In this document: positions 1 to 9,769 of the stretch, piece after piece
How positions within the stretch are numbered: the stretch's first letter is position 1
Layout: the number at the start of each line of letters is the position of its first letter
From: SAR86 cluster bacterium
GTDB taxonomy: Bacteria; Pseudomonadota; Gammaproteobacteria; Magnimaribacterales; TMED112
Length of the DNA: 64,000 nt
Direction of reading: 5' to 3'
NCBI GenBank assembly: GCA_003331635.1
Contig: QOPH01000002.1
Coordinates: 68,721 to 132,720, forward strand
Notes under the pieces: model-generated
What the model saw: only the letters and a program-made list of their open reading frames with translations
Databases searched by the model: none
What the model was told of the DNA's origin: nothing
Made by a program: the position numbers and the translations under genes

Positions 1-441
1 AAAGTGGGTGAGGATCCAAGAGAAATGAATTTTTATTTGGGTAAGAAACAAATCCCATGGTTTGTTTCTCAAGATTATCAAGATTTATTTGCCAGTCTCT
101 CTTTAATAGAAAAGGCTGCAATTATGTATATTGAACTTGAGTCACTCTCAGAAAAAATTGAGAGTAAGAATATCTTCAATGAGAAAAATTTACTTGTAAT
201 TCCCTTTGAAAAATTAACTAAAGATCCAAACTTTTTCATGTCTGAAATTTGCAAAAGGCTATATATTGCAAATGACAAAAGTTACCAGAAACTTTACAAA
301 AAATTAAAACTACCAAGACCTTCTAACTCAATTGATGAATATAAAACTCTTAAAGATAAGATAATTCAACAAATTGAAAATCATTCTATAAAAAATAATT
401 TAGAGAACCTGATTGGTATTTATGAATCAAAATATTCATAA
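1..441 (+). CDS. 5'-truncated protein, possible sulfotransferase-family C-terminus
   Basis: Frame is open to the window edge; LLVIPFEKLTKDP...MSEICKRL resembles the 'v.YEdL..dP...l..i..fL' segment of sulfotransferases. Confidence 0.4.
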   Translation, partial: KVGEDPREMNFYLGKKQIPWFVSQDYQDLFASLSLIEKAAIMYIELESLSEKIESKNIFNEKNLLVIPFEKLTKDPNFFMSEICKRLYIANDKSYQKLYKKLKLPRPSNSIDEYKTLKDKIIQQIENHSIKNNLENLIGIYESKYS

Positions 442-1075
442 GTTTGATACCGTAGCAAACTGGCAGAATGCTATTTGCAACCATCTTAGTTGTTTTAGCC
501 CAGATGCAAATCTAATAGTTCCTGGAGGTTCTACGCCTATTTTTTTATTCAAAAAATTTTTTAATGAAAAAACATTTAACCAATTGATTTTAAGCGATGA
601 AAGAATTACGAATGATAAGGAGAGAAGTAATTTTCTTACAATATCTTCTTTAACAAATTCTAATATTTTTAAATTATGTGATTTTCCAATTAGTAGCCAT
701 AAAAATATTTCATTACATAAAATCTCCGATGCTTTGAATAAGATCAAACATCCAGATATTGCTTTACTTGGATTAGGTGATGATGGTCACTATGCATCAA
801 TATTTCCCTCAACAGAAGTTATTGAAAATGATGAAAGTAACAATTTGAAAATAATTTCTGCAAAAATTGGTGATAGTTTTGAATATAGGATTACACTTTC
901 AGAAAAATATATTAAGAGAACTAAAGAGATTCTTTTTATTGCTAAAGGTAGGAATAAGTATGATCTAATAAATAAAATTGATAACAAATCTGAAGAGGTC
1001 ATTAATTTACCAATCGGCAAGCTTATAAATAGTTATAATGGGAAACTTAATATAATGTATTGTTTAAATGACTAG
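422..1075 (+). CDS. 6-phosphogluconolactonase / glucosamine-6-P isomerase family protein
   Basis: PGGSTP, SDER, SN, LLGLGDDGHYASIFP and RITLS motifs; ATG at 422 preferred over TTG at 413. Confidence 0.8.
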   Translation: MNQNIHKFDTVANWQNAICNHLSCFSPDANLIVPGGSTPIFLFKKFFNEKTFNQLILSDERITNDKERSNFLTISSLTNSNIFKLCDFPISSHKNISLHKISDALNKIKHPDIALLGLGDDGHYASIFPSTEVIENDESNNLKIISAKIGDSFEYRITLSEKYIKRTKEILFIAKGRNKYDLINKIDNKSEEVINLPIGKLINSYNGKLNIMYCLND

Positions 1076-1994
1076 ACTAAAAGTACATATAACTACCCTT
1101 CCATTTAATAAAGATAACTTGGCTTTTCTTGAAAAGTCATTTGATGTGACAATAAATCCTCTTGGAAGAAAAATTAAGAATGAAGAAGTTTATGAACAAG
1201 TTCACAAAGCAGATTATATTATTGCTGGAACTGAAAAATATAATCAAGAATTACTAAGCAAGTTAGTAAATTTAAAAGGCATATCAAGAGTTGGCATTGG
1301 GATAGATAATATCGATTTAAATATTGCAGCAAAAAATAATATAAAAATTTTTAATACTCCTGAAGAGCCAGCAAAAGGAGTTGCTGAACTTACACTAGCA
1401 TTTATATTAAATTTGTTGAGGGAGATCTCTTCGCATCAACTAAATTTAAATCAAGGCAATTGGGAGAAAACATTAGGTAAATCCCTGAATGAAGCAACTA
1501 TTTCATTAATTGGAGGTGGAAGAGTTGCAAAAAATGTTAGTAAATTTTTATTATCTGCAGGAGTCAAAAAAATAAAAGTTTTTGACATACTTGATTTAAG
1601 TGCTGACCCAGACTGGAAACATGAAAGTATATCTATATGTGAATTTGAAGAATGTCTTAGCAATTCTGATATTGTTTCCCTACATGTGCCTATGAATGAG
1701 AAAAATAAAAATATGATATCTAAAAAAGAACTCTTAGTTATGGGTAAAAACTCATATTTAATAAATGTTAGCAGAGGCGGATTGATTAACGAGGAAGATT
1801 TATATGAAGCTTTAAATTCCAATCTTATTAAAGGTGCAGCTTTAGACGTATTTGCAACTGAACCTTATGAGGGAAGGCTTTTAGACTGTAAAAATCTAAT
1901 TGCAACACCACATGTAGCATCGTCAACGGAATATGTTCGAGATCAAATGGAACGAAAGGCTTGCGAAAATTTAATTAATTTATTGGATGAGTGA
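1068..1994 (+). CDS. D-isomer-specific 2-hydroxyacid dehydrogenase (SerA-like, no ACT domain)
   Basis: RVGIGIDNID, VAELT, IGGGRVA, SLHVP, INVSRGGLINE, LDVFATEP and TPHVAS motifs. Confidence 0.85.
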   Translation: MTRLKVHITTLPFNKDNLAFLEKSFDVTINPLGRKIKNEEVYEQVHKADYIIAGTEKYNQELLSKLVNLKGISRVGIGIDNIDLNIAAKNNIKIFNTPEEPAKGVAELTLAFILNLLREISSHQLNLNQGNWEKTLGKSLNEATISLIGGGRVAKNVSKFLLSAGVKKIKVFDILDLSADPDWKHESISICEFEECLSNSDIVSLHVPMNEKNKNMISKKELLVMGKNSYLINVSRGGLINEEDLYEALNSNLIKGAALDVFATEPYEGRLLDCKNLIATPHVASSTEYVRDQMERKACENLINLLDE

Positions 1995-2619
1995 TATTAA
2001 AGAATTAATTTTTAGATCAAAAATCATCTTTTGGGACTTTGATGGAGTAATTAAAAAATCAAATCAAGTAAAAAATGATGCTTTCTTCAATTTATTTGAA
2101 GATATTACAAAAGAACAAAAAGAGTATATTCTCAATCATCATATTAATAATCAGGGGTTATCAAGATTTAAAAAAATTCCGTATTACATGGAATATTTAG
2201 GTATAGATACAAAAGAAAGTAATGTTCAAGCATATCTAAATAGATTTTCGGAATTAGTATTTGATGGTGTGATCAATTCAGATTGGGTTGAGGGGGTACT
2301 TGAAATATTGAGTAAGTTAGATAAATCGATATTGATTACTGCTACACCACAGGATGAAATTGAAAGAATAATTGAAAAAATTGAAATAGGTAAATTCTTC
2401 AAAAAAGTTTATGGCTCACCAAAAACAAAAATTGAGTGTGTTGAAGATTTTATCGAATCAAAAAATATAAATTTAAATAACTGTCTATTCATCGGTGATT
2501 CAAAATCAGATCTTTTTTGTGCTAATCACTTTGATATGAAGTTTCTTTTCATCAAAAATGAACACAATAAAAACATGATAGTTGATGAGAATATTCCTCA
2601 AGTAGAGAATTTTTTATAG
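1987..2619 (+). CDS. HAD-family phosphatase
   Basis: Motif I WDFDGVI, motif II TAT, K, motif IV IGDSKSD. Confidence 0.85.
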   Translation: MSDIKELIFRSKIIFWDFDGVIKKSNQVKNDAFFNLFEDITKEQKEYILNHHINNQGLSRFKKIPYYMEYLGIDTKESNVQAYLNRFSELVFDGVINSDWVEGVLEILSKLDKSILITATPQDEIERIIEKIEIGKFFKKVYGSPKTKIECVEDFIESKNINLNNCLFIGDSKSDLFCANHFDMKFLFIKNEHNKNMIVDENIPQVENFL

Positions 2620-2658
2620 CTTAGGTTTATTACAACTAGAGTATAATGTTCAGAATTT

Positions 2659-3408
2659 ATGAATAATACAATCTGCATAATACCTGCTAGGATGGGCTCT
2701 TCAAGATTCCCTGGGAAAGCTTTAGAAAAGATTTGTGGTATTGAAATGCTTCATCATTGCTTTATAAGAGCAAAGTTAGCGGAATGCTTTTCCGATATAT
2801 ATATAGCTACTCCAGATCAAGAAATTCATGATTTTAGTAAATCAATTGGCTGCAAATCTATAGATACCAAAGATACTCATACAAGATGTACCGAAAGAAT
2901 AGCTGAAGCAATTACAAAAATTGATGATTCTTTTGAAAATGTTGTTCTTTATCAAGGAGATGAGCCTTTATTTTCTCCTGAGATTTTAAAAATGCTTGCA
3001 AATTACATTTCGAATAATACTGACAGAACAGTTACTCTTATGGATGAAATTTCAGAAGAACAAGCCGAAGATTTAAATAATCCAAAAGTAGTAGTTGATC
3101 TAAATAATTATGCTGCATTCTTTTCTAGAGCTGCAATACCAGGATCTCTTAAAGGTCATAGTGAAAAGTTCTTTAAACATATAGGAGTTGTAGCTTTTAA
3201 AAAGTCTCTTCTGTATGAATATGCCAATATGGCTGAGGGTCCTTTAGAACGTGCAGAAAGTATCGATATGTTAAGGTTCATTGAACATAGTATTCCAATT
3301 AAAATGCTTTTATGTGAATCTAAAACAATAGGAGTTGATACGCCTAAAGATTTGGAAGATGTAGAAAAGCTTATGGTCAATGACAGTTATTATTTAGGGT
3401 ATAAATAA
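2659..3408 (+). CDS. kdsB: KdsB-like CMP-ulosonate (3-deoxy-manno-octulosonate) cytidylyltransferase
   Basis: IIPARMGSSRFPGKAL, QGDEP, HIGV, LERAESIDMLR and GVDTPKDL motifs; true substrate may not be Kdo. Confidence 0.8.
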   Translation: MNNTICIIPARMGSSRFPGKALEKICGIEMLHHCFIRAKLAECFSDIYIATPDQEIHDFSKSIGCKSIDTKDTHTRCTERIAEAITKIDDSFENVVLYQGDEPLFSPEILKMLANYISNNTDRTVTLMDEISEEQAEDLNNPKVVVDLNNYAAFFSRAAIPGSLKGHSEKFFKHIGVVAFKKSLLYEYANMAEGPLERAESIDMLRFIEHSIPIKMLLCESKTIGVDTPKDLEDVEKLMVNDSYYLGYK

Positions 3409-3409
3409 A

Positions 3410-4288
3410 ATGGCAAAAAAGGTATTAGTTGTAGGTGGCTCAGGTTTCTTAGGAAGCCATGTTGCAGATGAACTTACTGAGAAAGGTTATGAAGTAACTA
3501 TATTCGATCAGAAAAAATCAACCTGGATAAATGATAATCAGAAATTTATAGAAAGCGACTTACTTGACAGAGAACATGTAATTAAATGTCTAGAAGGATT
3601 TAACTTTGTCATTCATTTTGCAGGTATTGCAGATATTGGAGAATCAAAAGAAAAACCGCTTGAAACTATCGAAACAAATATTATTGGAACAGCAAATCTT
3701 CTTGAAGGATGTAGAAAAAATAAAATTGAAAGATTTATTTTTGCCTCATCTGTCTATGTTTTCAGCAAATATGGTTCCTTTTATGGAAAATCAAAACAGG
3801 CCTGTGAATTGCTGATTGAGGAATATCAAAATGAGTTTAGCCTCGACTATATTCATGTTAGATATGGCTCTTTATATGGTCCTAGAGCACAAGAATGGAA
3901 CGGTTTAAAAAAATACATATCAGAAATTATAAAAAATAAACAAATAGATTTTTCAGGAAATGGTGAGGAAAAGAGAGAATATATTCATGTTAAAGATGCT
4001 GCAATTATGACGGCAAGTCTTTTAGAGAGCGATGAAAAAAATATTGCTGTGAATATTACAGGCCATCAAGTTATAAGTACCTTAGATTTATTTAAATTAA
4101 TCTTTGAGGTGCTGCAACTTGAAGAGAAGATTAATTTATCAAAAGAATCAAATGTTGTTTCTCATTACAAAATTAGTCCATACAGTTTTCAACCTAAAGA
4201 ATCAAAGAAACTTGTTCCTAAAAAATTTATAGATATTGGCCAAGGAGTATTAGAAATAATTCATGAAATAGAGGATTCTAAGAATTAG
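3410..4288 (+). CDS. NAD-dependent nucleotide-sugar epimerase/dehydratase (extended SDR)
   Basis: GGSGFLG, FASS, YGKSK (YxxxK), YGP and REYIHVKD motifs. Confidence 0.88.
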   Translation: MAKKVLVVGGSGFLGSHVADELTEKGYEVTIFDQKKSTWINDNQKFIESDLLDREHVIKCLEGFNFVIHFAGIADIGESKEKPLETIETNIIGTANLLEGCRKNKIERFIFASSVYVFSKYGSFYGKSKQACELLIEEYQNEFSLDYIHVRYGSLYGPRAQEWNGLKKYISEIIKNKQIDFSGNGEEKREYIHVKDAAIMTASLLESDEKNIAVNITGHQVISTLDLFKLIFEVLQLEEKINLSKESNVVSHYKISPYSFQPKESKKLVPKKFIDIGQGVLEIIHEIEDSKN

Positions 4289-4742
4289 ATTTTCTTATTT
4301 CCAAAACATAATCACTACAAACACCAAAAATTTCTTCATCTAATTTTATTTTTGAAACTTCCATATCCCATTCAGGCATCACCAAAATAGAGTTTTTCAG
4401 AAGTTTTTTTCCAGGATAAACCCATACAAAATTCTTAGAAGTTAGTGTGTAGTCATCTTCTTGATGCCAAAAATAATTTGCATCTTGAAATAAGTTGATA
4501 TGTTTTAGTGCCTCTAAATCTTTACAATGAATCCAAAACCTATCAATGCTGCCAAGTAAAAAGTCTTTTGATATTGGATATTGATTATAATCATGTCCCA
4601 AGAAAAGGTTATCATTCTCATCACATCTAAGATCAATTTCAACATCGAAACCTTTTCCTAAAGCCTCATAAATTTGATCAGGATTATTTTCTTTATCTTT
4701 GTCAGGTCCTTGAAACAGACCCCGATGAGCTATGAATTTCAA
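4278..4742 (-). CDS. Small glycerophosphodiester phosphodiesterase-like (GDPD/PLC-like) protein
   Basis: IAHRG...EN...DVEIDL, LGHD, WIHCKD and VCSD motifs; 154 aa. Confidence 0.7.
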   Translation of the reverse strand: MKFIAHRGLFQGPDKDKENNPDQIYEALGKGFDVEIDLRCDENDNLFLGHDYNQYPISKDFLLGSIDRFWIHCKDLEALKHINLFQDANYFWHQEDDYTLTSKNFVWVYPGKKLLKNSILVMPEWDMEVSKIKLDEEIFGVCSDYVLEIRKSNS

Positions 4743-6109
4743 TTTTTAAAGTGATTATGATAAAAATCTAAATCTTCAGGTGTACCTAAGCCCCACATTT
4801 CTTCAACATCATAAACTTTTATCTTTTTCTTATCTTCAATAGCTTGATTAAAGACAGGGCAAACATAGAATTCGTTATTTACACGTATGTCCTTTTGTAT
4901 CATATCTTCAGCATATTTCACATAATCAGATCCTTTGCCCCAATAATAAACCCCAACAGTTGCATCTTCAGAAATCACTTGCTTTTCTGCAACTTCAGTT
5001 ACAAATCCGTCGTCACCTGATTTTGCATAAGACCATTTTGGATGAGTTGCCTTAAAAGTTAAGATTCCTCCGTCTACTTTGCTTTCAGACATGTTATACA
5101 TGGTGTTTGAAGCATTCCATTTTATATACTGATCAGAATTAGCTATAACTAATGGATTGTCATTGTTTATAAATTCTTTAGCTAATAGTGTTGTGCAAGC
5201 TGCACCCTCAGTAACTCCGCTTATTTCAATTACCTCACAATTAGGTCTTATGGCTTTCAAAAATGATTTCATATTATATTTTTCATTATGTTCTTTCTGA
5301 ATAATGAATATGAATCTACCCTCTATAGCTAACGACTCAACAACAACCTGTATCATTGGTTTGCCAAAAACTTCTATTAACGGTTTAGGAAATGTATATC
5401 CTGCTTGTGCAAACCTTGAGCCTGCACCAGCGCATGGAATAAGAACATTTATATTAGGATCAGTCCAAATTTGATTCATGCTGCTATTATCAAACTTTTT
5501 AAGATAATTTGGTAGATTCTTCTCGACAAGATCTCTAGGGTTTTTAACGGCAAATAGATTTGCTCCAGAATCTAGCGCTCCTTTTCTTCCAACAAAGGAA
5601 TCCTCAATTATTACTGTTTGTTTGGGTGTAACTCCTGCTTTTAGCATGCACTGCCAATACATCTCAGGATAAGGTTTGGGAAATTTTACATCATCATTAC
5701 TTACAAAATAATCGACATCATTTATTACATCAATTTTCTGGAGCATTTTTTCTACTGTTGATCGAATACTATTACTTGCGACCATTACCATATAATCCTT
5801 CGAAACCTCCTTAACGAGCTCTGTAATACCCTCAATTCTGATATCAATCTCATCAAGCACTTCAATAGTTCTTGTTTGCTTCTCTTCCCATATTTCTTTA
5901 AAAAACTTTTTATCTAAAGCTTTTTCTTCATTAAGAATCTCAAGCTTTCTTTTAGTTGGAAGTCCATCATATTTTTCAAGATGCTCCTCGTAAGTGATAG
6001 ATATATTAAATTTAGCTAATGATTTATTAAGTGCTTCGAAATGAAGCATTTTAGACTCCATTAGAACGCCATCAAGGTCGAAAATAACTAATATATCTTG
6101 GTTTTTCAT
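4739..6109 (-). CDS. Fusion of HAD phosphatase and sugar-phosphate nucleotidyltransferase-like domain
   Basis: N-half FDLDGVL, ASNS, KPYP, IEDS; C-half PCAGAGSRF..PKPLI, NSDQ, EK and LGTPEDL. Confidence 0.85.
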   Translation of the reverse strand: MKNQDILVIFDLDGVLMESKMLHFEALNKSLAKFNISITYEEHLEKYDGLPTKRKLEILNEEKALDKKFFKEIWEEKQTRTIEVLDEIDIRIEGITELVKEVSKDYMVMVASNSIRSTVEKMLQKIDVINDVDYFVSNDDVKFPKPYPEMYWQCMLKAGVTPKQTVIIEDSFVGRKGALDSGANLFAVKNPRDLVEKNLPNYLKKFDNSSMNQIWTDPNINVLIPCAGAGSRFAQAGYTFPKPLIEVFGKPMIQVVVESLAIEGRFIFIIQKEHNEKYNMKSFLKAIRPNCEVIEISGVTEGAACTTLLAKEFINNDNPLVIANSDQYIKWNASNTMYNMSESKVDGGILTFKATHPKWSYAKSGDDGFVTEVAEKQVISEDATVGVYYWGKGSDYVKYAEDMIQKDIRVNNEFYVCPVFNQAIEDKKKIKVYDVEEMWGLGTPEDLDFYHNHFKN

Positions 6110-6183
6110 AGAATTTGGTAATTATATTGAACTTTCTGATTAATACAATTTAATTAGAACTTAACATATAATATTCGACTATC

Positions 6184-7152
6184 GTGAAATTTGGTCTAAT
6201 TATCCAAGGCCCTCTATTATCAATAGGTAGAGGTGTAAGTTCGTACAAAAAAAAGGCAGAAACGAGCGAAAACGAAATCATTAAACACCAATGTGATGAA
6301 ACAATAATTTCTAATATTGAAAGCTATGGAAATTTATTCGAGAAAATAATTATTTCTACTTGGAAAGGTGAAAAGATCTCAAAAAAATTATCAGAATATA
6401 TAAAGTCTAAAAATAATGTTGAAATCTATCAATTTTCCAAAAGCGATGTTCCAGAGCTGCCAAAATTAAAAGTGCCATCTTCATGGAGCAAAGAGATGAG
6501 CTCTATTATGAATGTAAACAATAATTTAAATCAGTACACAGGATGTAAGTTGGGGTTGGTGAAATTAGAGAATATTGATTTTGTTATAAGAGTAAGGACT
6601 GATCAAGAAATTAATATACAAAAATTAAAGGAATTTATATTAGAAAACCCAAAAAAAATCGTAGTTCCTGGAATATTTTTTGAAAATTATATGTATCAAA
6701 TTGCGGATTTTTATTTTGGTGGTAGTTATAAAAATATTCTTAATTTTTTTGAAGCATGTTCAAAAAATATTTTTGATTTTTCCCCACATATTAATCCAAT
6801 ATCTTGTCTAGCAAATAGTAAATACCTTGATGAATTAAATATGAATTCTGAGGTACTTTATTATTCAAAAGAGTCTTTTCAGTACAAAATTATGCAAAAT
6901 TTCGTAATTAGTAAGGCATTGTTGCCAAGTCCCAGCAACATTTATCAAAAAATTTCTTGGCGAGGAGAAAAGGCTGGAACAGAATGGGAAAATCAAAATA
7001 AAAACATATACTTCTATGAAAATTTCTCAGATATTAAACAATTGGTATTACCTAAGTCTAATAGAATAATAGATTCGAAACTTTATAGCTCTAAATCAAA
7101 CTTTTTTACTAAAGTACTAAGAAGATTAATTAAATTAGAATTATTCAAATGA
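6184..7152 (+). CDS. WavE-like LPS synthesis protein
   Basis: GTG start; IIQGP, IIISTW, N..NQ...GL, RVRTD and ADFYFGG pattern typical of WavE. Confidence 0.55.
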   Translation: MKFGLIIQGPLLSIGRGVSSYKKKAETSENEIIKHQCDETIISNIESYGNLFEKIIISTWKGEKISKKLSEYIKSKNNVEIYQFSKSDVPELPKLKVPSSWSKEMSSIMNVNNNLNQYTGCKLGLVKLENIDFVIRVRTDQEINIQKLKEFILENPKKIVVPGIFFENYMYQIADFYFGGSYKNILNFFEACSKNIFDFSPHINPISCLANSKYLDELNMNSEVLYYSKESFQYKIMQNFVISKALLPSPSNIYQKISWRGEKAGTEWENQNKNIYFYENFSDIKQLVLPKSNRIIDSKLYSSKSNFFTKVLRRLIKLELFK

Positions 7153-8894
7153 AAGAATATTTAATACGTATTTACTCGTTACTTTATGAAGATAAAAAAA
7201 GACTGCCATTACTGCTTATACTGTTTTTACTTACTTCATTTTTTGATGCGTTAAGCCTAGCGATTTTATTTCCATTTATACAAATACTTGTGAATTTTCA
7301 GGATTTTCAATCTAGTTATGGATGGTTTTTTGAGAGCATAAACCTTACTTCGAAATCGGAAATTATTACATTCTTAGGCATTACACTTGTTTCACTATTC
7401 ATTATTAAAGCTTTTGCTTCAATCTTGGTTAACTGGGCCATTTTAAGAATAACCTACAATAGACAAGCAAAGATTAAGACATCTCTACTACATAAATACC
7501 TTAATATGCATTACAGAAAGTATATAGAAGGAAATAGTGCCAGATACATTCAGATGATTCAAACAATGAGTATGCAATTCATTAAAGTTTTACAAGGATT
7601 TTTAAGGCTTCTTTCAGATGGTCTTATTTTTCTTTCGATAGTAATTGTTTTAGCTATTGTTGAAGGCCCACTTTTAATTTATGTCGGCGGCATGATGTTA
7701 GTTCTTCTTTTAATATATGACATTTTTTTCAAAAAACTATTAGATAGCCAAAGTAGAGCTATTACTGACTCTAGTGTGCAAGTAACAAAAACAGTAAATG
7801 AATCAATCCAAGGTCTTAAAGAAATTAAGATTCTTGGAAAACAGAACTTTTTTGAAGATATTCTTAAGGAAAATGTAGACATTTATGCAAAAAATAATAT
7901 TTATGCTGATCTAATAAGAACACAGCCAAAACACATTATTGAGTTGATATTTGTAATTGCTTTTACTTTGGCAGTTGTGTTCTTTACTCCATTACAAAAC
8001 GATTTTCAGAGCTTAATACCCACACTTGGAGTATTTCTCTTTGCAGCAATTAGGTTAATGCCTACCCTTAATCAAATGCTTGCTTCTGTAAATGTTCTTA
8101 GAATAGGCTACTATCCCACAACCCTTCTTTTTGAGGACATGACTACAAAACAAGACCTTGAAGAAGATGATTATAAAGCAAATATCTTAAAAGATGGATT
8201 CACCTCCATGCTGTTGAAAAATGTATTTTTCTCATATAAAAATGACAAAGAGCATCAATTAAATGGTATTTCATTACAGGTTGATAAAAATAAATCGATA
8301 GGTCTTTTTGGTCAATCTGGATCAGGAAAAACAACTCTTGTCGACGTGATGTTAGGTCTACTAGAGCCAAGTAAAGGCGAGATTCATTTAAATAACAAAA
8401 TTGTAAAAAATAATAAAGAATTTAGAAATTTAGTGGCATATATTCCACAAGATATTTTCATAATTAACGACTCAGTAAAAAACAATATAACTTTAACTGG
8501 GAGGGATGAAGTTATTGATGATGTTTTATTAGAAGATGTAGTATTGAGATCAAGACTTAAAGAGGTTGTCAATAATCTCCCTGAGGGAATTAATACAAAT
8601 ATTGGAGAAAGAGGAGTAAAGCTTTCTGGAGGTCAAAAACAAAGAATTGCTATAGCTCGAGCACTCTATAACAAAAGAGAAGTTCTTATTATGGATGAGG
8701 CAACTAGTGCTTTGGATAATAATACGGAAAAAGAAATAATTGATGAAATAAGAAAGCTAAAAGGTAAAGTTACTATGGTAGTAATAGCCCATAGGCTTAC
8801 AACACTACAGCACTGTGATGAAATTTATGAAATTAGTAATGGAAGAATTAGCGAAAAATATAACTATGAAGACATAAGTAAAAGTAAAAAATAA
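7149..8894 (+). CDS. ABC transporter permease/ATPase fusion (PglK/MsbA-like glycan flippase)
   Basis: N-terminal TM helices; Walker A GQSGSGKT, LSGGQKQR signature, MDEATSALD and IAHR. Confidence 0.88.
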   Translation: MKEYLIRIYSLLYEDKKRLPLLLILFLLTSFFDALSLAILFPFIQILVNFQDFQSSYGWFFESINLTSKSEIITFLGITLVSLFIIKAFASILVNWAILRITYNRQAKIKTSLLHKYLNMHYRKYIEGNSARYIQMIQTMSMQFIKVLQGFLRLLSDGLIFLSIVIVLAIVEGPLLIYVGGMMLVLLLIYDIFFKKLLDSQSRAITDSSVQVTKTVNESIQGLKEIKILGKQNFFEDILKENVDIYAKNNIYADLIRTQPKHIIELIFVIAFTLAVVFFTPLQNDFQSLIPTLGVFLFAAIRLMPTLNQMLASVNVLRIGYYPTTLLFEDMTTKQDLEEDDYKANILKDGFTSMLLKNVFFSYKNDKEHQLNGISLQVDKNKSIGLFGQSGSGKTTLVDVMLGLLEPSKGEIHLNNKIVKNNKEFRNLVAYIPQDIFIINDSVKNNITLTGRDEVIDDVLLEDVVLRSRLKEVVNNLPEGINTNIGERGVKLSGGQKQRIAIARALYNKREVLIMDEATSALDNNTEKEIIDEIRKLKGKVTMVVIAHRLTTLQHCDEIYEISNGRISEKYNYEDISKSKK

Positions 8895-9763
8895 TGAGAG
8901 CCCTCTGTTACATTCAAAAAAAATACTATAAATGGAAGATTGATCTAATAGCAGATGATTTATTTAAAGGCGAAAAGAAAAATTGTGAAATTGAAATAGT
9001 TTATCCAGAAAATTTTTCATTAAATGCTCTTACCAAAAAGAAGAAATATGATTTTCTAGTTGGCTGCAATGTTGATGATTTTAAATTCCAGCTACTATAT
9101 AAATGTTTAAATTTCGACAAATTTATTACCTTTGATGAGGGGCAAAGAAGTATAAATGAAAATGATAAATATTATTCCAAGAGTTTTTCTTTTGAAAATC
9201 AAAAAAAGTTTTATTTTTTGAATAAAATTTGCGGCTTTCCATTACCATTTGGAAAGCTCTTAGAGAAAAGTGATAAACACTATTCGTTTTTTGATCCAAA
9301 AATTTTTAATCATCCTATTAAATCAACTACATTTCTTAAGAAGAAAAAAATTACGAAAAAGATTACAAAGATATTCTTTGGAGTAAGTAGCAATTGGGTT
9401 TTTAGTCATAGAGAAGATCTTTTGAATAAACCAAAAATCATAGAGAAGAAAATAAATGAAGCAGCTTTGAAAATAAATAAACTATGTCCTGATCTATATA
9501 TCCCCCACCCAAGAGAAGATGAGAGAATACTAGAATTACTTAATGAGAATATTACCATTGTAAATTGTCCAAATGGAAGTGAGGATTTTGTTAATAAATT
9601 AGCTTTAAGTAATGAAATTGAGGTATTTACAGAAAAATCAGGGGTAGTTTTTGATCTTAACAAAAAAATAAAAATTTCATTTATTGATTTATTTAATAGG
9701 TTTAGTAAATCCGAATACGACAAGTTTAAAAACCAATATAAAGAATTTAAGAAAAGCAATTAA
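8894..9763 (+). CDS. Putative CMP-sugar (sialyl/ulosonyl) transferase, GT52-like
   Basis: TFDEG (D/E-D/E-G motif) and YIPHPRE (HP motif), characteristic of bacterial sialyltransferases. Confidence 0.6.
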   Translation: MRALCYIQKKYYKWKIDLIADDLFKGEKKNCEIEIVYPENFSLNALTKKKKYDFLVGCNVDDFKFQLLYKCLNFDKFITFDEGQRSINENDKYYSKSFSFENQKKFYFLNKICGFPLPFGKLLEKSDKHYSFFDPKIFNHPIKSTTFLKKKKITKKITKIFFGVSSNWVFSHREDLLNKPKIIEKKINEAALKINKLCPDLYIPHPREDERILELLNENITIVNCPNGSEDFVNKLALSNEIEVFTEKSGVVFDLNKKIKISFIDLFNRFSKSEYDKFKNQYKEFKKSN

Positions 9764-9769
9764 ATCAAA

